64,000 nucleotides of DNA from Eledone cirrhosa (taxonomy: Eukaryota), in contig OZ024741.1 of assembly GCA_964016885.1 (NCBI GenBank), positions 273,730,001 to 273,794,000 of the forward strand, given 5' to 3'. Within the stretch, counting starts at the first letter, position 1, and every line of letters starts with the position of its first letter. The notes beneath the pieces were generated by a model. That model was not told the origin of the DNA, did no database searches, and was given only the letters and a program-made list of their open reading frames with translations. Of this stretch, positions 42,300-57,952 are shown in pieces. The position numbers and the translations under genes are program-made.

Positions 42300-44900
42300 A
42301 TAAATACAATCATTGTTAGTAAAGTTATAATTGAAGTTTTACATCAAGTTAAGTGGAAAAAGTTTGTCGACTAGGATCGTGTGCGACGCATATACCATAA
42401 ATATATATAAATAAATATAAATATATAAATCAAACATCCTGAATGTTAAAACTAACATACTCCAAAATAATAAATACTTAAATACATGAATGCATGAATG
42501 GTTTACGATTCATTACAACTGTTAACCATAAAAGCTATATATTTAAAAAAATACAAGAATCCCAATCAAATTAAATGTATCTACACAATCAAATGATATG
42601 TATATTCATCAAGAGATCATGTTTATATAGAACCCTTAATCTAACATTAATCATATCATAAATGAGTAAAAAATTATTATAAGGTTTTATAATCTGTTAT
42701 AACATTTTACGCACTCAGTTGATAAGAGACGTCAAAATTTAGAACCTATTTATTTAGTGTTTTTTCCTGACTTTTTGCGAGGCTTGGAATTTAGAGGAAG
42801 CTTTATGAAGGCAATTTGAGAATAATTCACTTTTTTTGTTAATTAAATTTTCATAATTAGTAATTATTAATAGGGTCTCCATAGTACAGAGATTGCAGTT
42901 AGGTGATATTAAAGAATTCAAGTAGATTCGACTATTACACAGCTTCGACCAAGAAATCGAGTATTTTAAATGTTTGTCTTTTAACGACCATATAAGTTGT
43001 GATAAAGAAGTCGAAGATTTCCTATTAGGATTCGAAAAAGAGCATTTGTGATTCGAAAATCTTAATTTAAATGTCGATGAAGTTGCACCAATATAGTTGT
43101 ATGTGATGTTATTTGCTTTTACGGTGCATTTATAGACCAGATTGCTATCCAGACAATTATTTTGCTGAGGGCAATTTGATCTATTTCTACAATTACATTT
43201 CGATTTATTGTTATTACTATAAATTGGACAATTGACATTAACATTGTTAGTACTTTGAAGTGTTCTATTGATTGTGCTTAGATTAATGTTATTGTTATTC
43301 CTAGTATTAATATTGATAGTGTTATTATATCCATTATCGTTAATTGTTTGTTGATTATGATTTAGAATTCTACTATTTATTTTTGCGATGCTCTGGGCCA
43401 TATTCATAGTTGTAGAATAAGAAAGCTTAATTGTGTGTCTGTGAAATATGGAACGGTATTTGTGTTGAATGGGGAAGCATTTATCTAAAGCTTTAAAGAA
43501 TAGATTTGCGAGTGGTGCTTTTATTGCTACAGAAGCGGGGGGGGGGGGACCATATAACTGATTTAGTTCTGATTTTTTTCACAGATTTATTCACGGTATT
43601 GGTGTTTGTATTATAATTTTTAGAATGTCGTTTATATATGTTAGTCTTATTTTTATTAGGATTATAATTCAAATTATTATTATCTATATATTCAATATTA
43701 TTTTTATAACCTGCCTTTCGTAGCGCGTCATTATAATATCCTGCTTTTTCATCAAATATGGATTTATTAGCGGATATTCTAGTTATGCGTTTCTGTACAC
43801 TATTGACTATTGTATTTTTCACGGATTTAGGGTGATTAGAGTAATAGCTATCGTAATTTAAGTTTTCATTGGGCTTATGGAAAGGGTAATAAAACCTGAG
43901 TTTAAGTTAAGGGTAACGTCAAGGAAATTAACTATTTTGGTACCACTTTCAACTTCTAATTTAAGGTCGTAATTTTTAAAGAATTCAATTATAGTTTTCT
44001 TAACCCTATTTAGTTCTGTATTGCTATGTTTGACAACCGTAAATAAAATATCGTCCCTATATAAACCACCGGTAATCTCCGGCAGTTTTCTATTTACCAT
44101 ATTTAAGATAAAAATCCCCAGAAGATCGGTGACCTGCGCTGAGTCCGATGATCCCATGGTAATTTCAAAGTTTCTATTCCTATCTGAAGGGGTCCAATAC
44201 TCATTGTTGAAATTAATTAGAGTTCTTCTAGCAGTTAATATATTTATTTCATCCGTAGCTAGATCTGTATGTTTGTAAGCATAAGACAAAGCCTTATTTA
44301 ATAGGTTAGGTGTAATAGAAGAATAATAGTTTGCTATGTCCATTTGGATGAATTTGTGATTTTTCTTATTATCTATTTTTTTAAACCAATCAATCACTTC
44401 ATTAGTGTCCTTCCATAAGCTCAATTTAGACTTCAATTTCAGAGTAGGTAGAATTCTATCAATAATATTCTTACTGATTACTCCAATATCCGATTTAGAT
44501 GGAGCTATCAGTCTAACTGGCAGGTCTTCCTCAAAGTTTCTCTTGTGATGCTTAAAATTTATCCTCGGCTGTCTAGGTATAAAAGGCTCGGTTCTTCCTT
44601 CAATTCCAAGTTTGGCTATTAATTTAAATGCATCATTATTGATGTCTATAAGATCTTCGGCCGGGGCTTTTCTATAATTGTTCCGCAGTTCTTTTAAAAT
44701 TAAATCATTATATTCTTCTTTATTTATCCCATATAAATTGTTGGTTTTGTCAGATTTCACCAATATTTTATTAACTTTATTTATATCCAAGATTTTTTCC
44801 TTTAGAGTTCTAAGGTATTGGTGACCTTTATATGGGTTTTTCTTGAATTTAATCTTGTTTAGTATATAAAGCCATGCATCATTAAGTCATGCATCATCAT

Positions 44901-44965
44901 ATTTTATCTGATGAGTACGTACTGTTGAAGATAGCTCAGTACCTCTGAAATATGTATAATAAAAT
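44901..44965 (+). ncRNA. Minimal hammerhead in the inverted 5' pLTR
   Basis: ATTTTAT CTGATGA G..GTACTG..CAGTAC..T GAAA TATGTA TA ATAAAAT. Confidence 0.72.
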
Positions 44966-45103
44966 ATACTTGATCACACGAATGTTTATTTTTGTTAATA
45001 TTTAGAATTAATATTAATAACTCCGGAAAACCAATCTGTTGAGTGCTTCCAATCTATTGTAAAACTCATTGTTTGATTTATTCATTGAACCTTGTTTAAC
45101 CTT

Positions 45104-45196
<93 letters not shown>

Positions 45197-45212
45197 GTGT
45201 GTGTGTGTGTGT

Positions 45213-46625
<1,413 letters not shown>

Positions 46626-46627
<2 letters not shown>

Positions 46628-47236
46628 GGTGGCTGCCAACTCGTTTTCGAGTACGGCCACTACTTTATATCCATGTCGGAGAACCCCTACCGATGCGCTG
46701 AACAAGTGTGACTTTTTAGTCCAGCCAGCGACTTGAAAACTCTGGTACAAACACTACACTTGTGACAATTATTGACACATAGTGCTGGGCCCATGGTACC
46801 ATGTGACGACAAGTGCAGAGAGATCTCCAGATATAAAGCAATGCCTGTGCCGTGAAGCTTTTATAGTGAGCAAAGGCACTGCACAAAGCCAGTCCCACTC
46901 TCTTAACCAAGATGATATTTACCAAAAAGAAGAACAAGTCAACATCATTGGATCCCAAGAGGGTTGCAGGTGTTATATCAGAGTTTTCCTTCTCCTAGAA
47001 TTCTGCCTTGACAAAGGCTAAGGGGTCATCTCTCCCGGTGATTTTGGATGGCCATTGACTCTTAAGAGCTCCTTTGCCCTTTGACAGGTTTTGTTTTTAG
47101 TCCTGCAGGATGTCCAAAGTCACCCTCCTCACCAAGAAACCTTGGTGGGGTTGCCAGTTTAGTCGCCAACGACCCGGCCATGAGACAGGTTGTACTGGGA
47201 TACATGTTACCAGTAGCACCAACTGGTGACCTGACC
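46626..47236 (-). mobile_element. Longest copy of the RTE-derived bipartite non-autonomous element
   Basis: 5'UTR-like part joined to an RTE 3' zinc-finger remnant with no RT between. Confidence 0.8.
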
Positions 47237-47350
47237 ATATATATATATATAATGCAAAAATTAAACAGAAATAACAAAGCAAACGACATAGAACAATAAA
47301 GAAATGTATTAGTTAGAGCAGAGTTTTACCGTTTCGGATACTAGTCCTTC

Positions 47351-47420
<70 letters not shown>

Positions 47421-47538
47421 AGATTCAGGACGCCGACGCCTGAGCTCCGGCTGTTTCGACAGCTAGATCCGAACTCATCCATCCTACACACACACACACA
47501 GACATACACACACACAGACATACACACACGCACGCACG

Positions 47539-47574
<36 letters not shown>

Positions 47575-47601
47575 AATGTAATCTAAGTATTTCGAATATA
47601 A

Positions 47602-47702
47602 ATAATTGTTTCTACGTTAGGCACAAGGCCAGCAATTAGCCAGTGCATTACTGGTACTTTATTTTATCGACCCCGTAAGGATGAAAGGCAAAGTTAACCT
47701 CG
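47602..47702 (-). mobile_element. 5'-truncated SINE
   Basis: Core and tail only. Confidence 0.85.
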
Positions 47703-48260
47703 AATATTAATAATAACATTCGATTCGTTTGCAATTATGCAAACAAGCCTCAATTTTATAGCCATGTCAGTAGAATGAAACCTTCATTCTTGCTCTTGTG
47801 TTGGCATCTGAACAGAACTGCAGACACTAATGTTTCTGGGTATCACCCTTCATCAGTACAGCTCACCGTCAGAGCTAGTGAAAATATATGCTATTTTCAA
47901 AACTACACAGTGACTGACCGGCCTCATTTGCATATTAGCATATCCACTGATCAGCCAGATTTGCATATCAGCAGACAGGCCAATCAATTTCCTGTATACG
48001 AGCGATAAATGACTGGCTTTGCCAAATTCAAATAAATAAATAAAATTTTACAGCTGACGATGGAAACTCCTTTCTTCCTTTCTCCTCCTGTTCCGTCCTA
48101 ACCACCAACCTAAACCTTGTTTTTAGTAACCACACAGCTCCTTTCGTTTCATATCCTACATATCCTATATATATATATATATATATGGATTCAGTTTGAA
48201 ACTGAGGCTGGAAGTAGCTGTGGAAACGGCAAGAGCTCAGCCGTTGAATCCCGACTCTTT

Positions 48261-48309
<49 letters not shown>

Positions 48310-49170
48310 TCAGTCGTGATCCGGGTGTTTATCTTTCGGTAGGTAAGTCAGTTTATTGTTCTAGACAAGAACGAGGGACTTAATGAGGCACTGGTGCTGT
48401 CAACAGTGTTGTCTATGGGGTAGCGATGGTGGGGGAGTTGTGTTTTCTACCCCCGTTTAATTAGAATTTCTACTGTAATATGATATATCTAGCGACAACC
48501 CACCAACATGTCTACTACGCTGACCCCTGTTAGAATAGGGGTTATCAATACTATTGTCTAGTTGTCTATAACGTACAGGGTTCGCATAAACAGTGGCAGC
48601 TAAAGGATTTACATTACACGCTCTCCATTTCTCTCTCTCTCTCTCTCTCTCTCTCATTTCCCCACCACCACCACCACCACCATTGCCTCCGGCACCATCA
48701 CCTCCCCACCATTACCAACATCACCACCACCACCACCACCACCACTATTAGCTCAGGCACCATCACCAACCCCACCATTACCACAATTCACCACCCCACC
48801 ACCCCCACCCCCACCATCACCTCCACCACTACCATCACTACCAACATTACCTCCGGCACCCCCCCTCCCCACCATTACTACTACCACCACCACCACCACA
48901 ACCACCAACCGCGCCATCAACAACCAACCAATTACTAAACTTCAAATTACAAGAAATAACAACTACATCCTTTAGAGCAACATACACACACAAAAACATA
49001 CATACACACTCACATACATACATACTCACATACATACACACTCACATACATACATACTTACATGCATATATACATGTATGTATGTATGTATGTATGCATG
49101 CATGCATGTATGTATGTATATATGTATTATGTATTTAAATGTATGTATAAGTGAATGTATGTATATGTAT

Positions 49171-49634
49171 GCACAAGGCCAGCAATTATATCAGTGTATT
49201 ACTGGTACTTTATTTTATCGACCCCGTAAGGATGAAAGGCAAAGTTAACCTCGGCGGGATTTGAACTCAGAATGGCAAGGGCCGTAACTCTATGCGTCAA
49301 AGCATGGCGTCCGACCCTCTATCGATACTGCCAATCCACCTCCCTAAATAATTGTTTCTACTTTTGGCACAAGGCCAGCAATTACCCAGTACATTACTGG
49401 TACTTTATTTTATCGACCCCCGTAAGGATGAAAGGCAAAGTTAACCTAATGTTGATTGGCAGTATCGATGGAGGGTTGGACGCCATGCTTTCTAGCATAG
49501 TTACGTCCCTTTACGGTCTGAGTTCAAATCCCGCCGAGGTTAACTTTGCCTTTCATCCTTACGGGGTCGATAAAATAAAGTACCAGTAATGTACTGGGTA
49601 ATTGCTGGCCTCGTGCCAAAAGTAGAAACAATTA
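49171..49634. mobile_element. SINE cluster (two minus copies, one plus copy)
   Basis: 49171-49342(-), 49347-49447(-), 49453-49634(+). Confidence 0.88.
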
Positions 49635-49797
49635 TAGAAATAGCTTCTACAGGACTAGAACTGTTCCATTCGAAGGAAATCATCAGAAGCCATTTCTATG
49701 TTAAACATTGTATATAATCTATAATGTATTGAGTACCTTATTGTGGTTGCCACCGATTGAACCCTGGATACAAACACACACACACGCACACACACAC

Positions 49798-49890
<93 letters not shown>

Positions 49891-50124
49891 AAACAAAGAG
49901 GGTGTAGTAAGATACCAGGTGGACCATAACGCACCAGAATACTCAATACTTAGTGTAGTAGAGTGGGTAATAGGCAAGGAGTCAGGATCCCACGGCTGAG
50001 CTCCGGCCGTTTCGACAGCTAGATCTGAACTGTCGAAACGGCCGGTCCTGACTCTTTTCCTATACACACACACACACACACACACAAACGCCCGTCCCTT
50101 CAATCTATCTTATTTCTCATTCTT

Positions 50125-50160
50125 TTTTCTGATGAAGGACTACCGTCCGAAACGTTAAGA
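50125..50160 (+). ncRNA. Minimal hammerhead, family B
   Basis: TTTT CTGATGA A GGAC TACC GTCC GAAA CG TT AAGA. Confidence 0.7.
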
Positions 50161-50262
50161 CCCTCTTCCTGCTATATCAAGCGTTAACCTAATATATCCC
50201 TTCCATATACTGTACCGATTGTGTTGTTATTTTTGTTTACCTTTTACATACACACACACACA

Positions 50263-50330
<68 letters not shown>

Positions 50331-50481
50331 GTTATGCTTTGGGAGGGTCATGTTGCCAATAAGAAACACACGCACCAGTTGCTTTCACTCCAATTTATTA
50401 TAAATTAAATTTATAAATTTAAGAATTTATAAATTTCTGGTTGGTTGGTTGGTTCCATAAACGGACGGTTGTTCATATATT

Positions 50482-50524
50482 GTCAAAGTTCTTTCGTCAC
50501 ACATTCTATGACCTCTTCAGTGAC
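50482..50524 (-). ncRNA. Minimal hammerhead, family A, in PLE 3'-end fragment 50331-50595
   Basis: rc: GTCA CTGAAGA GGTCATAGAATGTGTGAC GAAA GAAC TT TGAC. Confidence 0.65.
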
Positions 50525-50627
50525 AGGGGATTCTTTTCTTTGTTTTGTACCTCACCTTTGTTCTGTCCTACGCCATCTTCTTTTTGTGTGTGTTATATAT
50601 GTATATATATATTTAATATGTATATAT

Positions 50628-50810
50628 ATATTTAATATAGAAAAGGCTTCTACAGGACTAGAACTGTTTCATTCGGGGGAAATTATCAGGAAGCCGAATG
50701 AAACAGTTCTAGTCCTGTAGAAGTCTTTTCTATATTAAATATTTATACTCTGCTTTGTATTGAGTACCTTACTTACTGTGCTTACCTCCGATTGAAACCG
50801 GGATAAACAA
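50628..50810. mobile_element. Small fold-back element, family F (relative at 49635-49775)
   Basis: Arms 50628-50676 and 50694-50742; degenerate HHR core on minus; tail ACTC..TTGAGTACC. Confidence 0.7.
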
Positions 50811-50828
50811 ATATATATATATATATAT

Positions 50829-51159
50829 GGTGGTGGAACACTGGAAGGTAATATCCGTAGTGGTAGAGCACTCAGTCCAAGGGACGAGTTAGGTAGAAGT
50901 GGTTACACAACAGTTAGTTCACCAATACCGAGGACAATTGTTTCACCTTCGCGGATCTTCAGCTCGGGATGTGTTTGGTTATAGGAACAGGAAGGACAAC
51001 CGTACGAACGCGCATGCGCAGAAACTCGGTCACTTCACATAGGCAATACTACGGTTGTCCTTCCTGTTCCTATAACCATACACATCCCGAGCTGAAGATC
51101 CGCGAAGGTGAAACAATTGTTCTCGGTATGGTGAACTAACTGTTGTGTAACCACTTCTA
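50829..51159. mobile_element. Fold-back element, family E, HHR on both strands
   Basis: Arms 50894-51004 and 51050-51159; + HHR 51087-51126 CCGAG CTGAAGA TCCGCGAAGGT GAAA CAATTG TT CTCGG; minus HHR 50928-50967 with GTC site. Confidence 0.88.
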
Positions 51160-51173
51160 TATATATATATCAA

Positions 51174-51572
51174 TGATATTAACAAATGGAAACTATATTT
51201 ATAAAACCATATTTATTCTATTATATATATTTCAAGGGTACCAAAACTTTGGTACGCTCTCATCAGATAAAATACAAAGCTTGTTTTATAAATATTGACA
51301 TATCCAGGAATGATACCTTAACGGTTCAAGTTTTATCTGTTTATCTGGATATGTCAATATTTATAAAACAAGCTTTGTATTTTATCTGATGAGCGCGTAC
51401 CAAAGTTTTGGTACCCTTGAAATATATATAATAGAATAAATATGGTTTTATAAATATAGTTTCCATTTATTAATATCAATGATATTATACTCCAGAAAAC
51501 TTGTCGAGTGCTTCAAATCTGTTATAAATATATATATTTGTTGAATTACCAACGAATTAAATATCCCTTTGC

Positions 51573-51573
<1 letters not shown>
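51174..51573. mobile_element. Fold-back element, family D, HHR on both strands
   Basis: Arms 51174-51307 and 51345-51478; + HHR 51378-51438 TATTTTAT CTGATGA..GTACCAAA..TTTGGTAC..GAAA TATATA TA ATAGAATA; minus HHR 51214-51274; diverged copy at 51666-51900(-). Confidence 0.88.
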
Positions 51574-51666
<93 letters not shown>

Positions 51667-52166
51667 AGAAGTTATATTTAAATTGTTGGGATACAACAAG
51701 CAAATATTTTTATAACTGATATAGAGCACTCAACAAATTATTGGAGTAAAAATACGATATATTAACAAATGGAAACTATATTTATAAAACCATATTTATT
51801 TCATTATACATATTTCAAGGACACCAAGTCAAATTATGGTGAGCTTTCATCAAATAAAATATAATATAGATCAGTTTTATAAATAAATATTGACATACCC
51901 TTAAAGAATGCGACCATTTCTGTTGGAAGCTCCCGGATAGTAATATATCGTATATATATATATATATCTTTAGGTTTGTTGGTTCACCACTGGATAGAAT
52001 TGGTCATTCCGTATGGTCAATCTTGGTGAAATATTGTGGAGAGTACTCAACGTAGTGCAGTTGACCCGTCTTCGTTTGTGTAGTTGGTGGTGCTAATACG
52101 GAGTTAATTATAAATAAAATAAAATAACAGGAGGCTGGACTGGTGTAAATCCTTGAAAGGTTTATT

Positions 52167-52224
52167 ATACTATGATCATTTCAATGACCGGGTTCCATAT
52201 GAATCCGGTGATATCATCAGGTAT
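52167..52224 (-). ncRNA. Minimal hammerhead, family K
   Basis: rc: ATAC CTGATGA ..ACCGG..CCGGT.. GAAA TGATCA TA GTAT; degenerate relative at about 15020-15135(+). Confidence 0.7.
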
Positions 52225-52233
52225 TGGAATATA

Positions 52234-52386
<153 letters not shown>

Positions 52387-52457
52387 TGTGTGTTTGTGTG
52401 TGTATGTGTGTGTGCATGGGTGGGGTATATGTGTGTTTATGTACGTGTGTATGTATG

Positions 52458-52488
<31 letters not shown>

Positions 52489-53479
52489 CACAATCTACTG
52501 TTAGATTGTTATTGTTAATAGCTACAGACTGTTTCGTGCATATTCTTCACTCGTTAGGACACTGTGGAACTCGAACTGAAACGTTGCTCTAAACACACAC
52601 ACACACAAACACACACACACAAATACACACACAGACACACACACACATACACAGAGAGACACACAGATACACACAGAGAGACACACTCATACACACACAC
52701 AGGCACACATACGTACACATACGAATACACACGCACACACACGGGTACACACACATGTACACAGACACGCACACCTACACGTGCACACACACACACATAT
52801 ACACAGACACGCACACGCGTACACATAAACAGATATACACAGACACGCACACACACACACGTATACACAGACATGCACACGCGTACACACACACATGTAC
52901 ACAGACACGTACGCACACATATATCTACATAGACATGCACGCACACGTACACAGACACACACGCATGTACACATACATGGACACATACACACATACGGGT
53001 ACACACATACACACGCACACACTCATATACACACACAGTCATGTACAGCGACACGCACACACACCCGCGAGTATACACATGCACATGTACAGAGGCACTC
53101 ACACAGGCGTACACACACACACACATGCACACAGATGCACGCACATACACTCTTACATGCATACACACGCATGGGTATATACACACATACAGACACACAC
53201 ACGCACACACACACGCGACACACACACATATATATATACACAGAGATACGCCACCTTATAGACACACATGTACACACACACATGTACACACACACACATG
53301 TAAACACACACATATATACACACACACATATATACACAGAGATACTCCACCCCACATGCACACGCACACAGTCACACACATGTACACACACACACACACA
53401 CACATAAATATATATACAGAGATACACCATTCCACAGACACACTTGTACGACACCCCTCATATATACACACATAGATAC

Positions 53480-54165
53480 TCCCCCCTACACACAAATGCA
53501 CACACACACACACACATATATACACAGCTACACCACCCCTCAGACACATGAATACACACACACACACATATATATACACAGCTACACCACCCCAGAGATA
53601 CACCACCCCACAGACACATGTACACACACGTGTACACACACATACACAGCTACACCACCCCAGAGAACCCCCCCCCCCCACACACACACACACACGCACA
53701 CACATACACAGCTACACCACCCCTGAGATACACCCCCCACACACACACATACACAGCTACACCACCCCAGAGATACACCCCCCCACACACACATACTCAG
53801 ATACACCACCCCAGAGATACACCCCCCCACACACACACACATACACAGATACACCACCCCAGAGATACACCCCCTACAGACACATGTACACACACGTGTA
53901 CACACACATACACAGCTACACCACCCCAGAGAACACCCCCCCCACACACACACACACATACACAGCTACACCACCCCAGAGATACACCCCCCACACACAT
54001 ACACAGCTACACCACCCCAGAGATACACCCCCCACACACATACACAGATACACCACCCCAGAGATACACCCCCCCACACACACACACACATCTACACCAC
54101 CCCAGAGATACACCCCCCACACATACATACACAGCTACACCACCCCAGACAACACCCCACCACAG
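53480..54165. repeat. Minisatellite CAGCTACACCACCCCAGAGATACACCCCC(CA)n
   Basis: Variable-length units repeated more than 12 times. Confidence 0.85.
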
Positions 54166-54282
54166 ACACCAACTTTAGTCGTTATCAGACACCACTACAA
54201 TACAGCACAAACTTTTCATATACAATTCTTATTATTTTCATCATTCTGGTGGTTTGTCATTTGTTAAAATGAGATAACAACG

Positions 54283-55350
54283 TTTGTTGTTGTTGTGGTT
54301 GTTGTTGTGGTGGTTGTTGTTGTGGTTGTTACTGTTGTTGTTGTGGTTGTTGTTGTTGTGGTTGTTACTGCTGTTGTTGTGGTTGTTGTTGTGGTTGTTG
54401 TTGTGGTTTTTGTGGTTGTAGTGGTTGTTGTGGTTGTTGTGGTTATTTGTTGATGTTGTGGTTGTTGTGGTTGTTGTGGTTGTTGTGGTTGTTGTGGTTA
54501 TTTGTTGATGTTGTGGTTGTTGTGGTTGTTGTGGTTGTAGTGGTTGTTGTGGTTGTTGTGGTTGTTGTGGTTGTTGTGGTTGTTGTGGTTTTTGTTGTTA
54601 TTGTCGTGGTTGTTGTGGTTGTTGTTGTCGTGGTTGTTGTTGTGGTTGTTGTTATTGTGGTTGTAGTGGTTGTTGTTGTTGTTGTGGTGGTTGTTGTTGT
54701 GGCTGTTGTTGTTGTTGTTGTGGTTGTTGTTGTTGTTGTTGTGGTTGTTGTTGGTGTTGTGGTTGTTGTTGGTGTTGTGGTTATTGTTGTGGTTGTTGTT
54801 GTGGTTGTTGTTGTGGTTGTTGTTGTTGATGTGGTTCTTGTTGGTGCTGTTGGTGTTGTTGTTGTGGTTGTTGTGGTTGTTGTGGTTGTTGTTGGTGTTA
54901 TTGTTCTGGCTACTATTGTTATCTTCGTTGTTGTTGTAGTTATTGTTGTTGTTGTTTTCGTTGTTTTGGTCAGCAGTCCAGCAGTAGTTGTAGCGGTGGT
55001 GGCGGTGGTGTTGGTGGTAGTGCTAGTTGTAGTGGTGGTGATGTTGGTGGTAGTGGTGGTTGTAGTGGTGGTGGTGGTGGTGGTGGTGGTGGTGGTGGTG
55101 GTGGTGGTGGTGGTGGTGGTGGTGGCAGTGGTGGTGGGAGTGGTGGTGGTGGTGGTGGTGGTGGTAGTGGTGGTGGTGGTGATGGTGGAGGTAGTGGTCG
55201 TGGTGGTGATGGTGGAAGTAGTGGTGGTGGTGGTGGTGATGGTGGAGGTAGTGGTGGTGGTGGTGGTGATGGTGGAGGTAGTGGTGGTGGTGGTGATGGT
55301 GGAGGTAGTGGTGGTGGTGGTCATGGTGGAGGTAGTGGTGGTGGTGGTGA
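54283..55350. repeat. (GTT)n/(GTG)n low-complexity repeat
   Basis: Triplet runs. Confidence 0.9.
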
Positions 55351-56039
55351 TGCCATTGGAAGTACCAATGGTCAGTTATTGTGAGAAAAAAAAATGACAA
55401 AAAATTTACAAAACAAAAACAACAACACTTTACAAGCCGACGCCTGTCTGAGTGGTGGAGGGTGTTGTCAAACACTTGAGGACGGTGGCAATCAACGAAA
55501 CGAACCCTGTTTGACCCAGCATATCTTTTGTCCCCAAGAATAATCTGGAACGATCTTGAGTTTCGGGGGCAGAAACTTTATCATGGGTTTTGTTTGTTTA
55601 ACAAAAAATATAGGAAAACCCGAAAGAAAAGACCACGTATACAATTGTATGACTCTCTCTCTATTTCTCTTTCTCTCACTCACTCTGTGTGTCTCTCTCA
55701 CTCTTTGACACACACTCTCTTTCTCTCTCTCACACTCTCTCTCTCACTCTACTTCTCTCACTCTCTCTCTCTCTCTGTCTCTTTCTCTCTCTTCCCCTTT
55801 CTCTCGGTTCCCCCCTCTCTCTTTCACTTTATATATATATATATATATAGACGCATCTAAGCAACCTTACAACAAATATGTATATATATACTGTATATGT
55901 ATATATATATGAATAGGTATACATATGAACATATATATATATATATATATACATATGTGTGTGTGAGTGTGTGTGTGTGTATGTGTATCTGTGTGTGTAT
56001 CTATGTGTGTGAATGTGTGTATGTGTATATTATATATAT

Positions 56040-56071
<32 letters not shown>

Positions 56072-56662
56072 CTTCTTTCTTCTGATAAACTAACTCAAAT
56101 CGAAGTTGTCATTTTAGTGAGTGATCGCTTCTTAGTGTAGGTGAAGTGGTGGTGGTGGTGGTGTTGTTAGTGACTGTGTTAGGGTGGTGGTGGTGGTGTT
56201 GCATTAGTGGGGGGAGGGGGTAGTGTGTGATGGGGGGTATGTAAGGTGGTGGACTGTTGTTGTTGTTGGTGCTTGTCTGGGTGTTAGTGGTGGTGGCGGT
56301 GGAGTAGTTGCGGGGGTGGGGTGGGAGGTGGGGTGTAATTTATGGTGGGGGTGGGGGTGGGGGGTGGGGGGCTATGTAAGGTGGTAGAATGTGTTGTTGT
56401 TCGTAGTTGTCGGGGTGTTGTTGTTGTTGGTGGTGGTGGTGGTGGAGTAGTTCGGGGTGGAGGTGGAGTAGTTCGGGGGTGGGGGGTATTGTGTGTGGCG
56501 GTATGTAGTAGCATGGAATGGTGTGAGATATTAGTGGTGATTGAGGTGGGGATCGTCGTTGAGATGGTGTTGTTGGTGGTGTAGTAGTGCTGGTGTGGAG
56601 TGACAGTAGGTTGTATTAGAGGTGGTGATGGTGATAATGGTGATGATGGTGATGATGATGAT

Positions 56663-56845
56663 AATAATTGTTTTTACTTTTGGCACAAGGCCAGCAATTA
56701 CCCAGTACATTACTGGTACTTTATTTTATCGACCTCGTAAGGATGAAAGGCAAAGTTAACCTTGGCGGGATTTGAACTCAGATCAGAAAGGGGCGTAACT
56801 CTGTGCTACAAAGCATGTTGTCCGACCCTCTACCGATACTGCCAA
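56663..56845 (-). mobile_element. tRNA-headed SINE inside a (GAT/GGT)n tract
   Basis: Core, B-box and tail present. Confidence 0.88.
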
Positions 56846-57780
56846 AAATGGTGGTGATGCTGGTGATGATGATGATGATAATGGTGGTGATAATGATGGT
56901 GATGTTTGTGATGATGGTGATGATGGTGATGGTAATAATGGTGGGGATGGTGGTGATGGAGGTGATGATGATGATGATAATGGTGGTGATAATGATGGTG
57001 ATGATGGTGGTGATGGTGATGATGGTGATGATGGTGATGATGGTGATGATGGTGATGATGGTGATGATGGTGATGATGGTGATAATAATTGTGGTGATGG
57101 TGATGGTGATGGTGATGGAGGTAATGATGGTGGTGATGGTGATGATGATCCTGATAATGGTTATGATGGTGATGATGGTGGTGATGGTGGTGGCGATGAT
57201 GATGATAATGGTGGTGATGATGGTGGTGATGATGGTGGTGATGTTGGTGGTGATGATGATGATAATGGTGGTGACGTGGATGATGGTGGTGATGGAGGTG
57301 ATGCTGGTGGTAGTGATGATAGTGGTAATGATGGTGAGGACGGTGATGATGGTGGTGAGGGTGATGATAATCGCTGTGATGGGGAAGATGGTGATGGTGG
57401 TGAGGGTGGTGATGATGGTGATGGCGGTGTTAATAGTATAAAATGTATAACTAATGTAATATTATTATCACATACATGCTATTACCGATGAAATATACAT
57501 TTGATTATATATATAATCAACAGAGAGAGGGAGAGAAAGAGAAAGGAAGATAGAGGGGAGAAAGAGCGAGAGAGAGAGAGAGAGAGAGAGGGAGGGGTGA
57601 AAGAGATAATTAACTCATGTAATAGACTGATACTTTATTTATCGACCTTGAAAAATAAAGGGGAGCGTTGATATCTACCGGGATTTGTAGTCAGTAAAAT
57701 AGAAATGGTTTACTGATACACACACACACACACATAGATATGTACTTATTTATTTGTTATATATATATATACTTATTTTT

Positions 57781-57816
<36 letters not shown>

Positions 57817-57824
57817 TTATTTTT

Positions 57825-57862
<38 letters not shown>

Positions 57863-57869
57863 TTTTTTT

Positions 57870-57911
<42 letters not shown>

Positions 57912-57912
57912 T

Positions 57913-57949
<37 letters not shown>

Positions 57950-57952
<3 letters not shown>

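Larger units (their letters stand above)
40375..45107 (-). mobile_element. 5'-truncated Penelope-like element (possibly Nematis-type) with inverted pLTRs in (TA)n
   Basis: RT ORF 43858..44790 (FIQMDIANYYSSI, ITMGSSD, GLYRDD, VNFLDVTL); GIY-YIG ORF 42754..43407 (CNCR..CP..NC..LVYKC..YIGAT..FKLRFSNH..CNLC..E..NKKSE..C.H); frameshifts; 40375-40498 is rc of about 44886-45010. Confidence 0.92.

Noticed and set aside
47826-47860. rc CTGATGAAGGG..CCCAGAAACATT as a hammerhead
   Set aside because: Helix I cannot be formed; probably a decayed relic
51008-51020. GCGCATGCGC NRF1-like site in the family-E loop
   Set aside because: Single short motif with no promoter context
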